Source: an uncultured delta proteobacterium (lineage in GTDB: Bacteria; Desulfobacterota; Binatia; UBA9968). Taken from it: a DNA stretch of 64,000 nucleotides. The notes beneath the pieces were generated by a model. That model searched no databases and was not told the origin of the DNA. It saw only the letters and a program-made list of their open reading frames with translations. A program made the position numbers and the translations under genes. Shown here in pieces: positions 18,150-26,626 of the stretch. Within the stretch, counting starts at the first letter, position 1; the number at the start of each line of letters is the position of its first letter. The DNA lies in the NCBI GenBank assembly GCA_963745035.1, contig CAVUVW010000019.1, forward strand, positions 96,001 through 160,000, in the 5' to 3' direction.

Positions 18150-19823
18150 CCAGCGCGGCCGAGCCGCAACCAAAATGACAGATTGGTTTCATTGGTGTAA
18201 ACGGTGCTCATGTCTACGATATACAATGCACCGACGAAAGAGGCTGCGCATGCCTTTGTACAGCGTCACAAAAGCGATGTCATCGGAGTTTTGCACGGTT
18301 GGGATCGATTGCGACTGCAAGGCACGCTTCGAAGTCTCTATTACCAGCCGGTGATGGAAGAGTACCTGAGGCAAGCAGGAGTTTTGTGGAAAGATTTCAA
18401 AATCTTCGCCACCACACTGACGGCTCGTGTGCGCCAAGCGGCAGTGGATCTGGCAGCGAAGCATCAGCGGCCGATGCTTTATCTTAACTCCAGCCGCACA
18501 CGCAAGGAGGACGAGGCTCGCAAGATCCAGCAGCGTGACCAGATTGAGTTGGGGCTGATTGCTGTGTTTAGTTGCGTGGAGCCGTGCCGTACGTGGTTTT
18601 TGCGCGGCAATCGTATTACCCGAAAGCTTGAGCTTAGGCTTGAATGGGGCAAGTGCATCCACCTGTACTTTTACTGGATGCATGAACAATTGGGATTTTT
18701 GCATCTTCGGTTGCAGACTTGGTTTCCTTTTCTGATTCAAATTTGTCTCAACGGACGAGGATGGCTGGCCCGGCAGATGGATCAGACCCAGCTGCGCTAT
18801 CGGCGAGAGGATAACTGTTTTCCGTGGATTGACGATGTCTCGCGCGCCCAAGCACTGATGGATCAGCAACACCGCACCAATTGGCCCGTGCTTTTGCACC
18901 CACTGCTCAAAAAGTGCCACCCTTTGCACGCCGAGATTAGCCGTCCCATTGAGCGTGACTACTACTGGACGGCGGCCGAGACCGAGTACGCCACCGATGT
19001 TATGTTTCGTGACCGGGCCGCGCTCGGACGCATTTATCCCGCCTTGGTGCATCACGCGGTGATGACGTTTGGCAGTGAACAAGTGCTGCGGTTTATGCAC
19101 CGCTCGGGACAGGTGGGTCTCCAAGACGTGCAAAGCGATCGGCGTCGCTGGCCTGACGGCGTCCGAGTCAAGCACTGGGTCAATAAGAACTCGCTTAAAT
19201 GCTATGATAAGGGCAGTGTCTTGCGCGTTGAGGCAACGATCAATGAACCGAGAGATTTTCGCAGCTTTCGCGCCGCGGAGAAAAGTCCTGGCGGCCCTAA
19301 GCGCTGGCGCGAACTGCGCCGCAGCGTATCTGACTTTCACCGACGCTCTGAAGTGAGTCGGAAAGCCACCGAGCGATACCTTACCGCTCTGGCTTGTGTC
19401 CATGTGCAAACCCGGCTCGCCGAGCAAACCGCGCAAGTCTGCCGGCCCGTACGGCGGTACGGACGCCGTTACCGAGCGCTTAATCCTCTGGGAGAAGGCG
19501 ATGCTCAACTCATGACCATCGTCAACCGTGGAGAATTTTCGCTCAACGGGTTTCGCAACCGTGACCTGCGTTCCCATCTCTACCCTGCGATCAAGGACAA
19601 ACAAAAGCAACACACAGAAATGGCGGCAGTGGGACGTCGCTTGCGGCTGTTGCGGGCGCATGGCTTGATTGCAAAAGTGCCCAAAACGCACCGTTACATC
19701 GTTACTGAAAAAGGTCGCAACATCATCACGGCGTTGTTGGCCGCGCGTAACGCAAGCACTGAGAAACTCACAGCTTTGGCCGCGTGATTTGCGCAGATGG
19801 AGAAAATTTTCAAGCATAGTAGT
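18150..19823 (+). mobile_element. Putative single-gene insertion element without TIR or TSD, encoding a Rep_trans-like protein
   Basis: Removing it restores ...gaaggac|acgaag..., the same GGACACGAAG unit seen inverted at 19846..19863. Left end has a GCGGC-CGA-GCCGC hairpin; right end is ...catagtagt. Confidence 0.7.
18204..19787 (+). CDS. 527-aa putative transposase / rolling-circle initiator-like protein with C-terminal winged HTH
   Basis: Motifs EYATD, KCYDK and LRVE in Rep_trans order; C-terminal GFRNRDLR..LRLLRAHGLIAKV..YIVTEKG winged helix; no DDE or HUH motif recognised. Confidence 0.75.
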   Translation: MLMSTIYNAPTKEAAHAFVQRHKSDVIGVLHGWDRLRLQGTLRSLYYQPVMEEYLRQAGVLWKDFKIFATTLTARVRQAAVDLAAKHQRPMLYLNSSRTRKEDEARKIQQRDQIELGLIAVFSCVEPCRTWFLRGNRITRKLELRLEWGKCIHLYFYWMHEQLGFLHLRLQTWFPFLIQICLNGRGWLARQMDQTQLRYRREDNCFPWIDDVSRAQALMDQQHRTNWPVLLHPLLKKCHPLHAEISRPIERDYYWTAAETEYATDVMFRDRAALGRIYPALVHHAVMTFGSEQVLRFMHRSGQVGLQDVQSDRRRWPDGVRVKHWVNKNSLKCYDKGSVLRVEATINEPRDFRSFRAAEKSPGGPKRWRELRRSVSDFHRRSEVSRKATERYLTALACVHVQTRLAEQTAQVCRPVRRYGRRYRALNPLGEGDAQLMTIVNRGEFSLNGFRNRDLRSHLYPAIKDKQKQHTEMAAVGRRLRLLRAHGLIAKVPKTHRYIVTEKGRNIITALLAARNASTEKLTALAA

Positions 19824-19863
19824 ACGAAGTCCGGACTCCTTTATTTTCGTGATCTTCGTGTCC
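19824..19863. repeat. Middle part of the CACGAAG repeat
   Basis: acgaag...ttcgtgatcttcgtgtcc. Confidence 0.75.
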
Positions 19864-19920
19864 TCCTTCAAAAAGTACAGGTGCGGAATGGTAGGAGCTG
19901 GCGGGGAACGGTTGGGTTCC

Positions 19921-19977
19921 GTCATACCCGCGAAAGCGGGTATCCAGGCTAATTCGCCAGAACAAACCTGGATTCCC
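19921..19977. repeat. GTCAT-type REP doublet, left part (interrupted by IS30)
   Basis: gtcatacccgcgaaagcgggtatccag ... ctggattccc. Confidence 0.8.
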
Positions 19978-21012
19978 TAAATTCACAAACCAAGTGCAAC
20001 ACTTTCTGTATAAGGTGTTGCGATGGGACAACGGTATGAGCAACTTTCGCTTAAAGAACGGTGTACAGTATCCGGACTTAGCCAGGCCGGGAAAACAATG
20101 CGCCAAATCGCGGCAGCTATGGATCGCGCGCCATCGACTATAATGCGCGAGCTTAAACGCAACAGCGGCAATCAGGTGGGTTACCAGCCTTCCTACGCTG
20201 AGCAGCAAGCCAAGAGTCGACGTTGGCGAGGCAGTCGTCTGTTGCGCAAGCCTGATCTTCAAGAAAAAGTGCTCGAGGGCCTGAGCCAAGGGTGGTCGCC
20301 AGCACAAGTTGCCGGACGACTGAAAAAGGAGCAAAGAGCCACCGTGATCAGCTATGAATCGATCTATCGGTTTATCGACTCTCAGATCCGTCGTACCAAG
20401 GACTACCGCTGGCGGCTCTATCTTCCCCGAGCCAAAAGCAAGCGGGGTTGGCGTGGGCATAAAGGCGGCAGTCCGGTGGATCATATTCAGGACCGAGTAC
20501 CGATCGATCGCCGTCCGGCCTACATCCACAAGCGCCGCCAGGCCGGACACTGGGAAGGCGACCTGATGTTGTTCGCTCAATACGGTCAGGCGGTTCTGGT
20601 TACTCATGAAAGACGCTCCCGGTTGCTCCTGCTCAGCCGTCAACCCAACAAGGCGGCCGAGCCTGTGGCCAAAAAGCTCACCGATCTGTTGGGCTCTTTA
20701 CCCAAGCTCTTACGTCGGACCATCACCTTCGATAACGGCACTGAGTTCGCCTACCATTACCGACTCCATAAACTATCGATGCGCACCTTTTTCTGTGATC
20801 CGCATGCGCCATGGCAAAAAGGCGGCATTGAAAACGCCATCGGACGCTTGCGCCGAGGGCTGCCGAGGAAAACCGACTTGGCCACGTTATCTGAGGACCG
20901 TTTGCTCGGCCTGGTTCGATCCTACAATCACACTCCGAGAAAGTGTCTTAACTACAAAACTCCGGCAGAGGTCTTCTGCCATGAACTGTTGCACTTGAAA
21001 TGTGAATCCACC
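19978..21012 (+). mobile_element. IS30 family insertion sequence
   Basis: Imperfect 24-bp IRs: taaattcacaaaccaagtgcaaca (19978..20001) and tgttgcacttgaaatgtgaatcca (20987..21010). ttccc is repeated on both sides (19973..19977 and 21013..21017). Confidence 0.9.
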
Positions 21013-21033
21013 TTCCCGCGTGCGCGGGAATGA
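20023..21033 (+). CDS. IS30 family transposase
   Basis: N-terminal HTH (RAPSTIMRELKRN), WSP, SYESIY, and DDE motifs GHWEGD, TFDNGTEF, QKGGIEN. Confidence 0.95.
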   Translation: MGQRYEQLSLKERCTVSGLSQAGKTMRQIAAAMDRAPSTIMRELKRNSGNQVGYQPSYAEQQAKSRRWRGSRLLRKPDLQEKVLEGLSQGWSPAQVAGRLKKEQRATVISYESIYRFIDSQIRRTKDYRWRLYLPRAKSKRGWRGHKGGSPVDHIQDRVPIDRRPAYIHKRRQAGHWEGDLMLFAQYGQAVLVTHERRSRLLLLSRQPNKAAEPVAKKLTDLLGSLPKLLRRTITFDNGTEFAYHYRLHKLSMRTFFCDPHAPWQKGGIENAIGRLRRGLPRKTDLATLSEDRLLGLVRSYNHTPRKCLNYKTPAEVFCHELLHLKCESTFPRARE

Positions 21034-21034
21034 C
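21013..21034. repeat. GTCAT-type REP, right part
   Basis: ttcccgcgtgcgcgggaatgac; contains the IS30 stop codon. Confidence 0.8.
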
Positions 21035-21106
21035 GACTGGCGGGAGAGTCGTCCATGGAAACTCCCCATTTTCATTCTCTGTGCGCGAGCGTAAGATCAT
21101 TATTCA

Positions 21107-21118
21107 CTTCGTGGTGAA
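21107..21118. repeat. Right end of the CACGAAG palindromic repeat
   Basis: cttcgtggtgaa is the reverse complement of 18126..18137. Confidence 0.75.
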
Positions 21119-21124
21119 CTGCAT

Positions 21125-22171
21125 TTATTTCCGCGTGATCCCGAGCAAAAGTTTATCCCACTTCTCCAAATCCTTTTCGTACTGGTCCGTCGTCAAACCC
21201 CGCTCGGGACGCCATTTCTTGAATCCATAATCTTTCATGCCGCTGCCATAGTAGTATTTCTCCAACACCTGTTGGCCTGACGGGCTCAAAAGAAAATCCG
21301 CCATCAGCAGCGCAGCATGGGGGTGAGGCGGGTTGGCCGCGACCGCGGCGCTGCCGACATTCGTAGGAACCAGGTCCATCGGGACCCACTCCACCGGCGC
21401 GCCCTTCGATGCCGCGAGTAGCGTATGCGTCTGAAAAATTGCCGGCGACGCCACGATCTCGCCAGTCGTGATCGTGTTCACTAAAGCCGGCGCATCGATC
21501 GAATAGAGCTTGATCTCCTGCGCCTTGAGCTTGCGTACCATTTCTTCGCCTTTCGACTTGATTATGGCGCCGATAATTTTGTCGCTGGTTTGGCCGACGC
21601 TGATGCCCATCTTGCCTTTAAGCGCCGGATGAAAAAGGCCGTCGAAATTCTTCGGCACGGTATCTTTCGGCACGAGCGATTTGTTGTAGGTAAACCCGAT
21701 ATACGATTCACGCGCCAGCGCCCAGTAGACGAGATTTTTGTCGGCGCGTTCCTTGCCGTCTTCGGGATACTTGTCGAGATAGGGAGAATCGTAGGGGCGC
21801 AGCAGTTTGTCGTCGCGCAAGAAAATGAGGCTTCCTTCGGTGGTCTCGATCGTATCGGCAATATTGCGCCGCGCTTTGGCCTCTTCCTGCATACGTACAA
21901 CCAAGTCAGCTCCCTGAGCGCGGTAGGAATCCACTTTGATGCCGGGATATTTGGTCTCGAAGGCCTTGACCAGTTCCTTGTAGGAGTCGCCGGCGAGAGA
22001 GGTGTACCAAACAATCCTGCCTTCGGTCTTTGCGCCCGCATAAAGCAGCGCCTCTCTGTCGGCGCCGCGATAGGTGACCAGCTCAGCGATGGTCGACGGC
22101 TTGCGCGCTTGTCCCCATGCTACGTCTGAAAGAAAGAGAAGAGTAAAAATGAATAAACCTATTATCTTCAT
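21125..22171 (-). CDS. Extracellular solute-binding protein (Fe3+/thiamine-type)
   Basis: GAKTEGRIVWYTS, FETKYP, GAPVEW and HPHAALL motifs. Confidence 0.88.
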   Translation of the reverse strand: MKIIGLFIFTLLFLSDVAWGQARKPSTIAELVTYRGADREALLYAGAKTEGRIVWYTSLAGDSYKELVKAFETKYPGIKVDSYRAQGADLVVRMQEEAKARRNIADTIETTEGSLIFLRDDKLLRPYDSPYLDKYPEDGKERADKNLVYWALARESYIGFTYNKSLVPKDTVPKNFDGLFHPALKGKMGISVGQTSDKIIGAIIKSKGEEMVRKLKAQEIKLYSIDAPALVNTITTGEIVASPAIFQTHTLLAASKGAPVEWVPMDLVPTNVGSAAVAANPPHPHAALLMADFLLSPSGQQVLEKYYYGSGMKDYGFKKWRPERGLTTDQYEKDLEKWDKLLLGITRK

Positions 22172-22243
22172 TTCGTCGCCTCCTGCCCAAGGTTGGTGGA
22201 TCGTTATCTATCGTGAGTGCTCCACGGCATGCTCATCATGCCG

Positions 22244-23248
22244 TCACGGGCTCTTCCAAAAGATTTCCCGGTACAGTTTGTTGTGCTCCTCATAGCTGTC
22301 CGACAACGTCCAGTCGGCGGGAAAAAGTTTCAGCCCGCGGAGGTATTCCGGCTGAAACTTTGGAATGGCCGGCGGTTTGTCCATCGCGAGAATCTGCCGC
22401 TGGCCGTCATCCGAGGCGAGATAGTTCATGAACAGTCGCGCTGCTGCGGGATGCTTGGCTTCACGGGTGATCGCGGCGGAAACGAGAACAGTAATGTAGG
22501 GCTCCGCTCTGACCCACTCTATCGGTGCACCCTTGCTCTTGAGCTCCTCGGTCCGGGCGATGTCGCTGTACACGATGATGGGAAACTCTCCCGCGGTTAG
22601 CAGCACTGCCTGTTTGCTGTGGCCGTTAATCATAATCAGATCTTGTTGCGCGAGTTTCTTGAAGTAATCGGTTGCCTTCTGCCTTCCGGCATACTGCAAG
22701 TGCGCCTGGGTCACCAGATATTCCTCCCGCTCGAGGGAGATACGGCCCTTCCATTTTGGATGCAGCAGATCTTCGAAGGAGGTGGGCGCGTCGGCTTTCG
22801 ACACGAGCTTGGAGTTGTAGGTGATCGCGTACGGTACCAGGTAAAAGCCGATCCAGTAGCCCTGCTTGTCGATGAATCCCGGCGGAAAATTGCCGGCGCC
22901 TGGCGGCGTGTAGCTCGTGATGATGTTCTTTTTCATGAAGATTCGGTGCGTGTAGTTATTGATTAGAACAACGTCGGCACTGAGCTGGCGCGCCGACACC
23001 TCGCGGAGAATCTTCGACGTGAGCGCTTCGCCGGTGGTGCGGGAGTACTGCACTTTGAGAAATGGATAGCGACGCTTGAAAGGTTCGGCGAATTTGTCGA
23101 ACTGACCCGCCAGCGCCGTGCCGTAGAGGACGAGCTCGCGCTCGTTTTGCGCCTTGTTTGTGAGATCGTCCTGAGCGAGGACGAAGGGAGCGGTCGACGC
23201 CCAGATCAACATGAAAGATGTGACAACAAACGAAAAAACGAATTTCAT
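22244..23248 (-). CDS. Extracellular solute-binding protein (Fe3+/thiamine-type)
   Basis: ELVLYG, FKRRYP, DLLHPKWKG and HPAAARLF motifs. Confidence 0.88.
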   Translation of the reverse strand: MKFVFSFVVTSFMLIWASTAPFVLAQDDLTNKAQNERELVLYGTALAGQFDKFAEPFKRRYPFLKVQYSRTTGEALTSKILREVSARQLSADVVLINNYTHRIFMKKNIITSYTPPGAGNFPPGFIDKQGYWIGFYLVPYAITYNSKLVSKADAPTSFEDLLHPKWKGRISLEREEYLVTQAHLQYAGRQKATDYFKKLAQQDLIMINGHSKQAVLLTAGEFPIIVYSDIARTEELKSKGAPIEWVRAEPYITVLVSAAITREAKHPAAARLFMNYLASDDGQRQILAMDKPPAIPKFQPEYLRGLKLFPADWTLSDSYEEHNKLYREIFWKSP

Positions 23249-23477
23249 GAAGCCTCGCTTTCGTCGTGATTGCGCAGCAGCTAGCTCTTGGTCGCGCTTG
23301 CAATGACCTTGTTTCGGCTATAGTCCGATTGGCGTTCGGCTGTCAATGTTCTTGCAGCACGTTCGCTTCGGTGTGGAGTGCCGCCTACGCTTGGCGCGGT
23401 CGCGTCATTCATGCGATAGTGCGTGAGACGCCTGAAAACGGTTGTGGAAAATCAGCGCCGTTCCGTGGAGGAGCGAT

Positions 23478-24527
23478 ATGAAAACTCTATGTCTTGCGTT
23501 GTTCATGCTCGGGCTCATGGTTCCGTCGAGTTGGGGACAAACCAAAAAACCGAGAACCCTGGATGAGCTGGTGGCCTACACGGGCGCCGATCGTCATCAA
23601 ATACTGTTGGAGGGCGCCAAAGCCGAAGGCAAGTTCGTCTGGTATACCTCATTGTCCGCGGTCTATCGTGAAATGGTCGACGCCTTTAAAAGAAAATATC
23701 CAGATGTCGCGGTCGAAGTGTACCGCGGTGGCAGCACCGATCTCGGACCGCGTCTGCTCAATGAGGCGCAAGCGGGGCGACATGTGGCGGACGCATTGGA
23801 AAGCACTCCCGGCCTTCTGATGCTGCTGCGTGAGCGCGGGTTGCTCAAACCCTACACGTCGCCCGAACTTGGACGCTATCCTGAAAGTGCCAAAACCAAA
23901 GCCGACGGCGCGCGCATTTACTGGGTAACCGATCGGGAGGCGTATCTTGGTTTCGGCTACAACACTCGGTTGATCGCGCCGGCGGAGGTTCCAAAAAATT
24001 TCCAGGATCTAATGAAGCCTGAGCTCAAAGGCAAGCTCGCGGTCACGACCGAAAGCTCGACTAGCCGGGTGATCGGCACGATGATCAAGTACAAGGGCGA
24101 GGAATTCGTGAAGCGGATGCGCGCTCAGGAGATTCGCCTTTTCAAAGCGTCGAGCGCGGGTTTTCTCGATCTGATCGCCGCCGGTGAAGTTGCCGGCTCC
24201 TTCGTCGTTTTTCAAAACCAGGTCATCGTTAAAAAGGAGAAGAAGGCGCCGCTCGATTGGGTTCCGCTCGATGTCGTGCCGGCCAACGCCGGCGGCTCGG
24301 CGATCGTCGCCAATGCGCCGCATCCGCACGCCGCATTGCTGTTTACGGACTTCGTCATCGGCGCGGAAGGGCAGAAGCTGATGGAGCAGTTCCGCTACGG
24401 CGTGGCCTGGAAAGAGTATCCGTTCAAACGGGAGTATCCCGAACGCGGCATGACCAGCGCCGACTACGAAACAGCCGAGGATAAGTGGCTGCAGCTAACG
24501 CGGTCCATCACGAAGCGGCAAAACTAA
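23478..24527 (+). CDS. Extracellular solute-binding protein (Fe3+/thiamine-type)
   Basis: Paralogue of 21125..22171; GGAGG RBS before the ATG at 23478. Confidence 0.88.
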   Translation: MKTLCLALFMLGLMVPSSWGQTKKPRTLDELVAYTGADRHQILLEGAKAEGKFVWYTSLSAVYREMVDAFKRKYPDVAVEVYRGGSTDLGPRLLNEAQAGRHVADALESTPGLLMLLRERGLLKPYTSPELGRYPESAKTKADGARIYWVTDREAYLGFGYNTRLIAPAEVPKNFQDLMKPELKGKLAVTTESSTSRVIGTMIKYKGEEFVKRMRAQEIRLFKASSAGFLDLIAAGEVAGSFVVFQNQVIVKKEKKAPLDWVPLDVVPANAGGSAIVANAPHPHAALLFTDFVIGAEGQKLMEQFRYGVAWKEYPFKREYPERGMTSADYETAEDKWLQLTRSITKRQN

Positions 24528-24530
24528 AGA

Positions 24531-24616
24531 ATGGAGTACTGGAGTGTTGGAGTAATTGGAGTATTGGGTAGGGGATGGGCCCATCACTCCACGACTCCAA
24601 TACTCCATCACTCCAA
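24531..24616. repeat. TGGAGT octamer hairpin repeat
   Basis: Four tggagt units followed by four actcca units between convergent genes; overlaps the crotonase stop codon. Confidence 0.85.
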
Positions 24617-25498
24617 TTTTATCTTCTTCGCTCTCGGTCCGAACGGTTCGGGCTGGAACGGTGCGTCGCGTTCTTTAAGAAAAGCTTCCAAGCCGCCTTT
24701 CTTTCTGGCTTCTTCCAACCGCTTGTTGAACTCTTCGCGCTTGGTAAGGCGCGCCATCGCCGCGAGCTCGCTGTTGAGCATCCAGGCTTTGCGCAGTCCC
24801 ATCATTTCAAGGCCTTGTGTGGAAATATGCAGGTTAATCTTTACCGTCTCCGGCGGCACGTGGGCGACGCGATCGACGAATTTGAAGCAGGTTTCCAATA
24901 ACTCCGCTTTCGGCACAACTTGGTTCACCAGACCAATACGCAGTGCTTCCTGTGCGTCGACGTGGTCGCCCGTGAGCGCGTAGCGCAGCGCGTTTTTGAA
25001 TCCGGCGAGGAGCACCCAGACAAAATCCGTGTTGGCGGCGTGTCGCACTTGGGGCTGGCCGAAGACCGCGTCGTCCGCTGCGATGGTCACGTGACAAGAT
25101 AGCGCCAGAGACGATCCCGCGCCGAGACACCAGCCGCTGATGGCGGCGATGATGGGCTTCGGATATTGCCAGCGATAGAGCTGACGGCCGAGAATGTCCT
25201 TGCGATCGGCGTCGCGAAATTTGTTATAGGCGGCGTTGAGCGAGCTGTTGACTGGTATACCGTAAGGCCAGGCCGTTTCCGAATCGTCGTCGCTGATGTC
25301 CTCGCCGACGGAAAAAGCTTCGCCGGCGCCGGTGATCACCACGGCCCGGATCTCGGGATCGCTTTCCGCCTCGGCCAGTGCCTGGTCGAGCTCATCCAAC
25401 ATCGCTTCGTTCATTGCATTGAGCTCTTTGGGCCGATTGAGAGTGATGAGCACGCCTTTGCGCTGTTTCTGATAGAGAATGTTTTTGTAGTCAGCCAT
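24608..25498 (-). CDS. Enoyl-CoA hydratase/isomerase family, paralogue 1
   Basis: ITLNRP, VITGAGEAFSVG, KPIIAAISG and EALRIGLVN motifs. Confidence 0.9.
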   Translation of the reverse strand: MADYKNILYQKQRKGVLITLNRPKELNAMNEAMLDELDQALAEAESDPEIRAVVITGAGEAFSVGEDISDDDSETAWPYGIPVNSSLNAAYNKFRDADRKDILGRQLYRWQYPKPIIAAISGWCLGAGSSLALSCHVTIAADDAVFGQPQVRHAANTDFVWVLLAGFKNALRYALTGDHVDAQEALRIGLVNQVVPKAELLETCFKFVDRVAHVPPETVKINLHISTQGLEMMGLRKAWMLNSELAAMARLTKREEFNKRLEEARKKGGLEAFLKERDAPFQPEPFGPRAKKIKLE

Positions 25499-25518
25499 GT
25501 GTTGCTCCTAAAAATTGT

Positions 25519-25610
25519 TGGAGTGATGGAGTAATGGAGTGTTGGAGTGATGGGTAAGACCTCAGATGTTCCCAGTGTTTCACTGTTGCCTCGCGCCTCG
25601 TGCCTCACGC
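25519..25610. repeat. Half TGGAGT repeat plus GCCTC heptamer repeat
   Basis: ggagtgatggagtaatggagtgttggagtga, then gcctcgcgcctcgtgcctcacgcct. Confidence 0.7.
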
Positions 25611-26483
25611 CTTCTTCTTCGCTCTCGGTCCGAACGGCTCCGGTTGGAACGGGCCGTCGCGCATCTGCAAATATTCGCGAATGCCTTTGTTTGCGCGCGC
25701 GTCGTCCAACGGTTTGCGCAATTCTTCGCGCAGCATGATGTGCGCCGGGGCGGACATCTGCTTATCGAAGGTCAGCGCATCGCGCAGGCCCATCATGTCG
25801 AGTCCCATGGTGGCGACCTGCAAGTTGATCTTCACCGTCTCCGGCGGCACGAGCGCGATGCGCTCGACGATCTTGAAACATTCGTCAAGCAATTGATCCG
25901 CCGGGACGACTTTGACAACCAGGCCGATGCGCAGTGCTTCCTTGGCGTCGATGTGGTCGCCGGTGAGTCCGTAGCGCAGCGCGTTTTTGTAGCCGCCGAG
26001 CAAGGTCCACATGAAGCTCGTGTTCGAGCCGTGGCGCACTTCGGGCTGCGCGAATACGGCATTGTCCGCGGCGAGCGTGATGTGGGTGAACAGCGACAGC
26101 CACGATCCGGCGCCCATGGCCCAGCCGTTGATCGCGCCGATGATCGGTTTGCCGAACTCCCACATGCGGCGAAAGTTGCGCGGATCGACGCGCCACGAGT
26201 CGATGACTTCGGCGGCGGTCTGCCCCGTGACGATTCCGTAGGGCCAGTGAATATCGCGGCGCCTTCCGGCTCGATTCCCCTGATCCATGCCGGCGGAGAA
26301 AGCGCGTCCTGCGCCGGTGAGCACGACCGCGCGCACCTCGCTGTCTTCCTCGGCGTCGTCCAAGGCTTCGTGCATTTCCTTGATCATGCTGCGGCTGATG
26401 GCGTTCATCGCCTCGGGGCGATTGAGCGTGATCAATGCGCCGCCGCGTTTTTTTTCGTACAGGATTTCTTTGAAATCGGCCAT
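25605..26483 (-). CDS. Enoyl-CoA hydratase/isomerase family, paralogue 2
   Basis: ITLNRP, AFSAGMD, AQPE motifs; C-terminal FQPEPFGP shared with the other paralogues. Confidence 0.9.
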   Translation of the reverse strand: MADFKEILYEKKRGGALITLNRPEAMNAISRSMIKEMHEALDDAEEDSEVRAVVLTGAGRAFSAGMDQGNRAGRRRDIHWPYGIVTGQTAAEVIDSWRVDPRNFRRMWEFGKPIIGAINGWAMGAGSWLSLFTHITLAADNAVFAQPEVRHGSNTSFMWTLLGGYKNALRYGLTGDHIDAKEALRIGLVVKVVPADQLLDECFKIVERIALVPPETVKINLQVATMGLDMMGLRDALTFDKQMSAPAHIMLREELRKPLDDARANKGIREYLQMRDGPFQPEPFGPRAKKKA

Positions 26484-26504
26484 TCAAAAACTCCTTCGTC
26501 GTTT

Positions 26505-26626
26505 GGTTCAAATCGTTCAAGCCGTTCAAATCGCTCAACCCCCTCCTGCATCCTCCCCCGCGACGCGGGGGAGGATAGAGGGGGCTTGAACGGAGCGTAG
26601 CGGTTGAACGGCTTGAACATTTGAAC
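26505..26626. repeat. GTTCAA tandem inverted repeat with a nested CCTCCCC palindrome
   Basis: gttcaa x3, then tcctcccccgcgacgcgggggagga, then ttgaac x4. Confidence 0.8.

Noticed and set aside
18189-19925. 578-aa minus-strand ORF over the Rep-like gene
   Set aside because: Antisense, no recognisable motifs, and its start lies outside the inferred element end in a REP.
19810-20643. 277-aa minus-strand ORF over IS30
   Set aside because: Antisense shadow that crosses the IS boundary.
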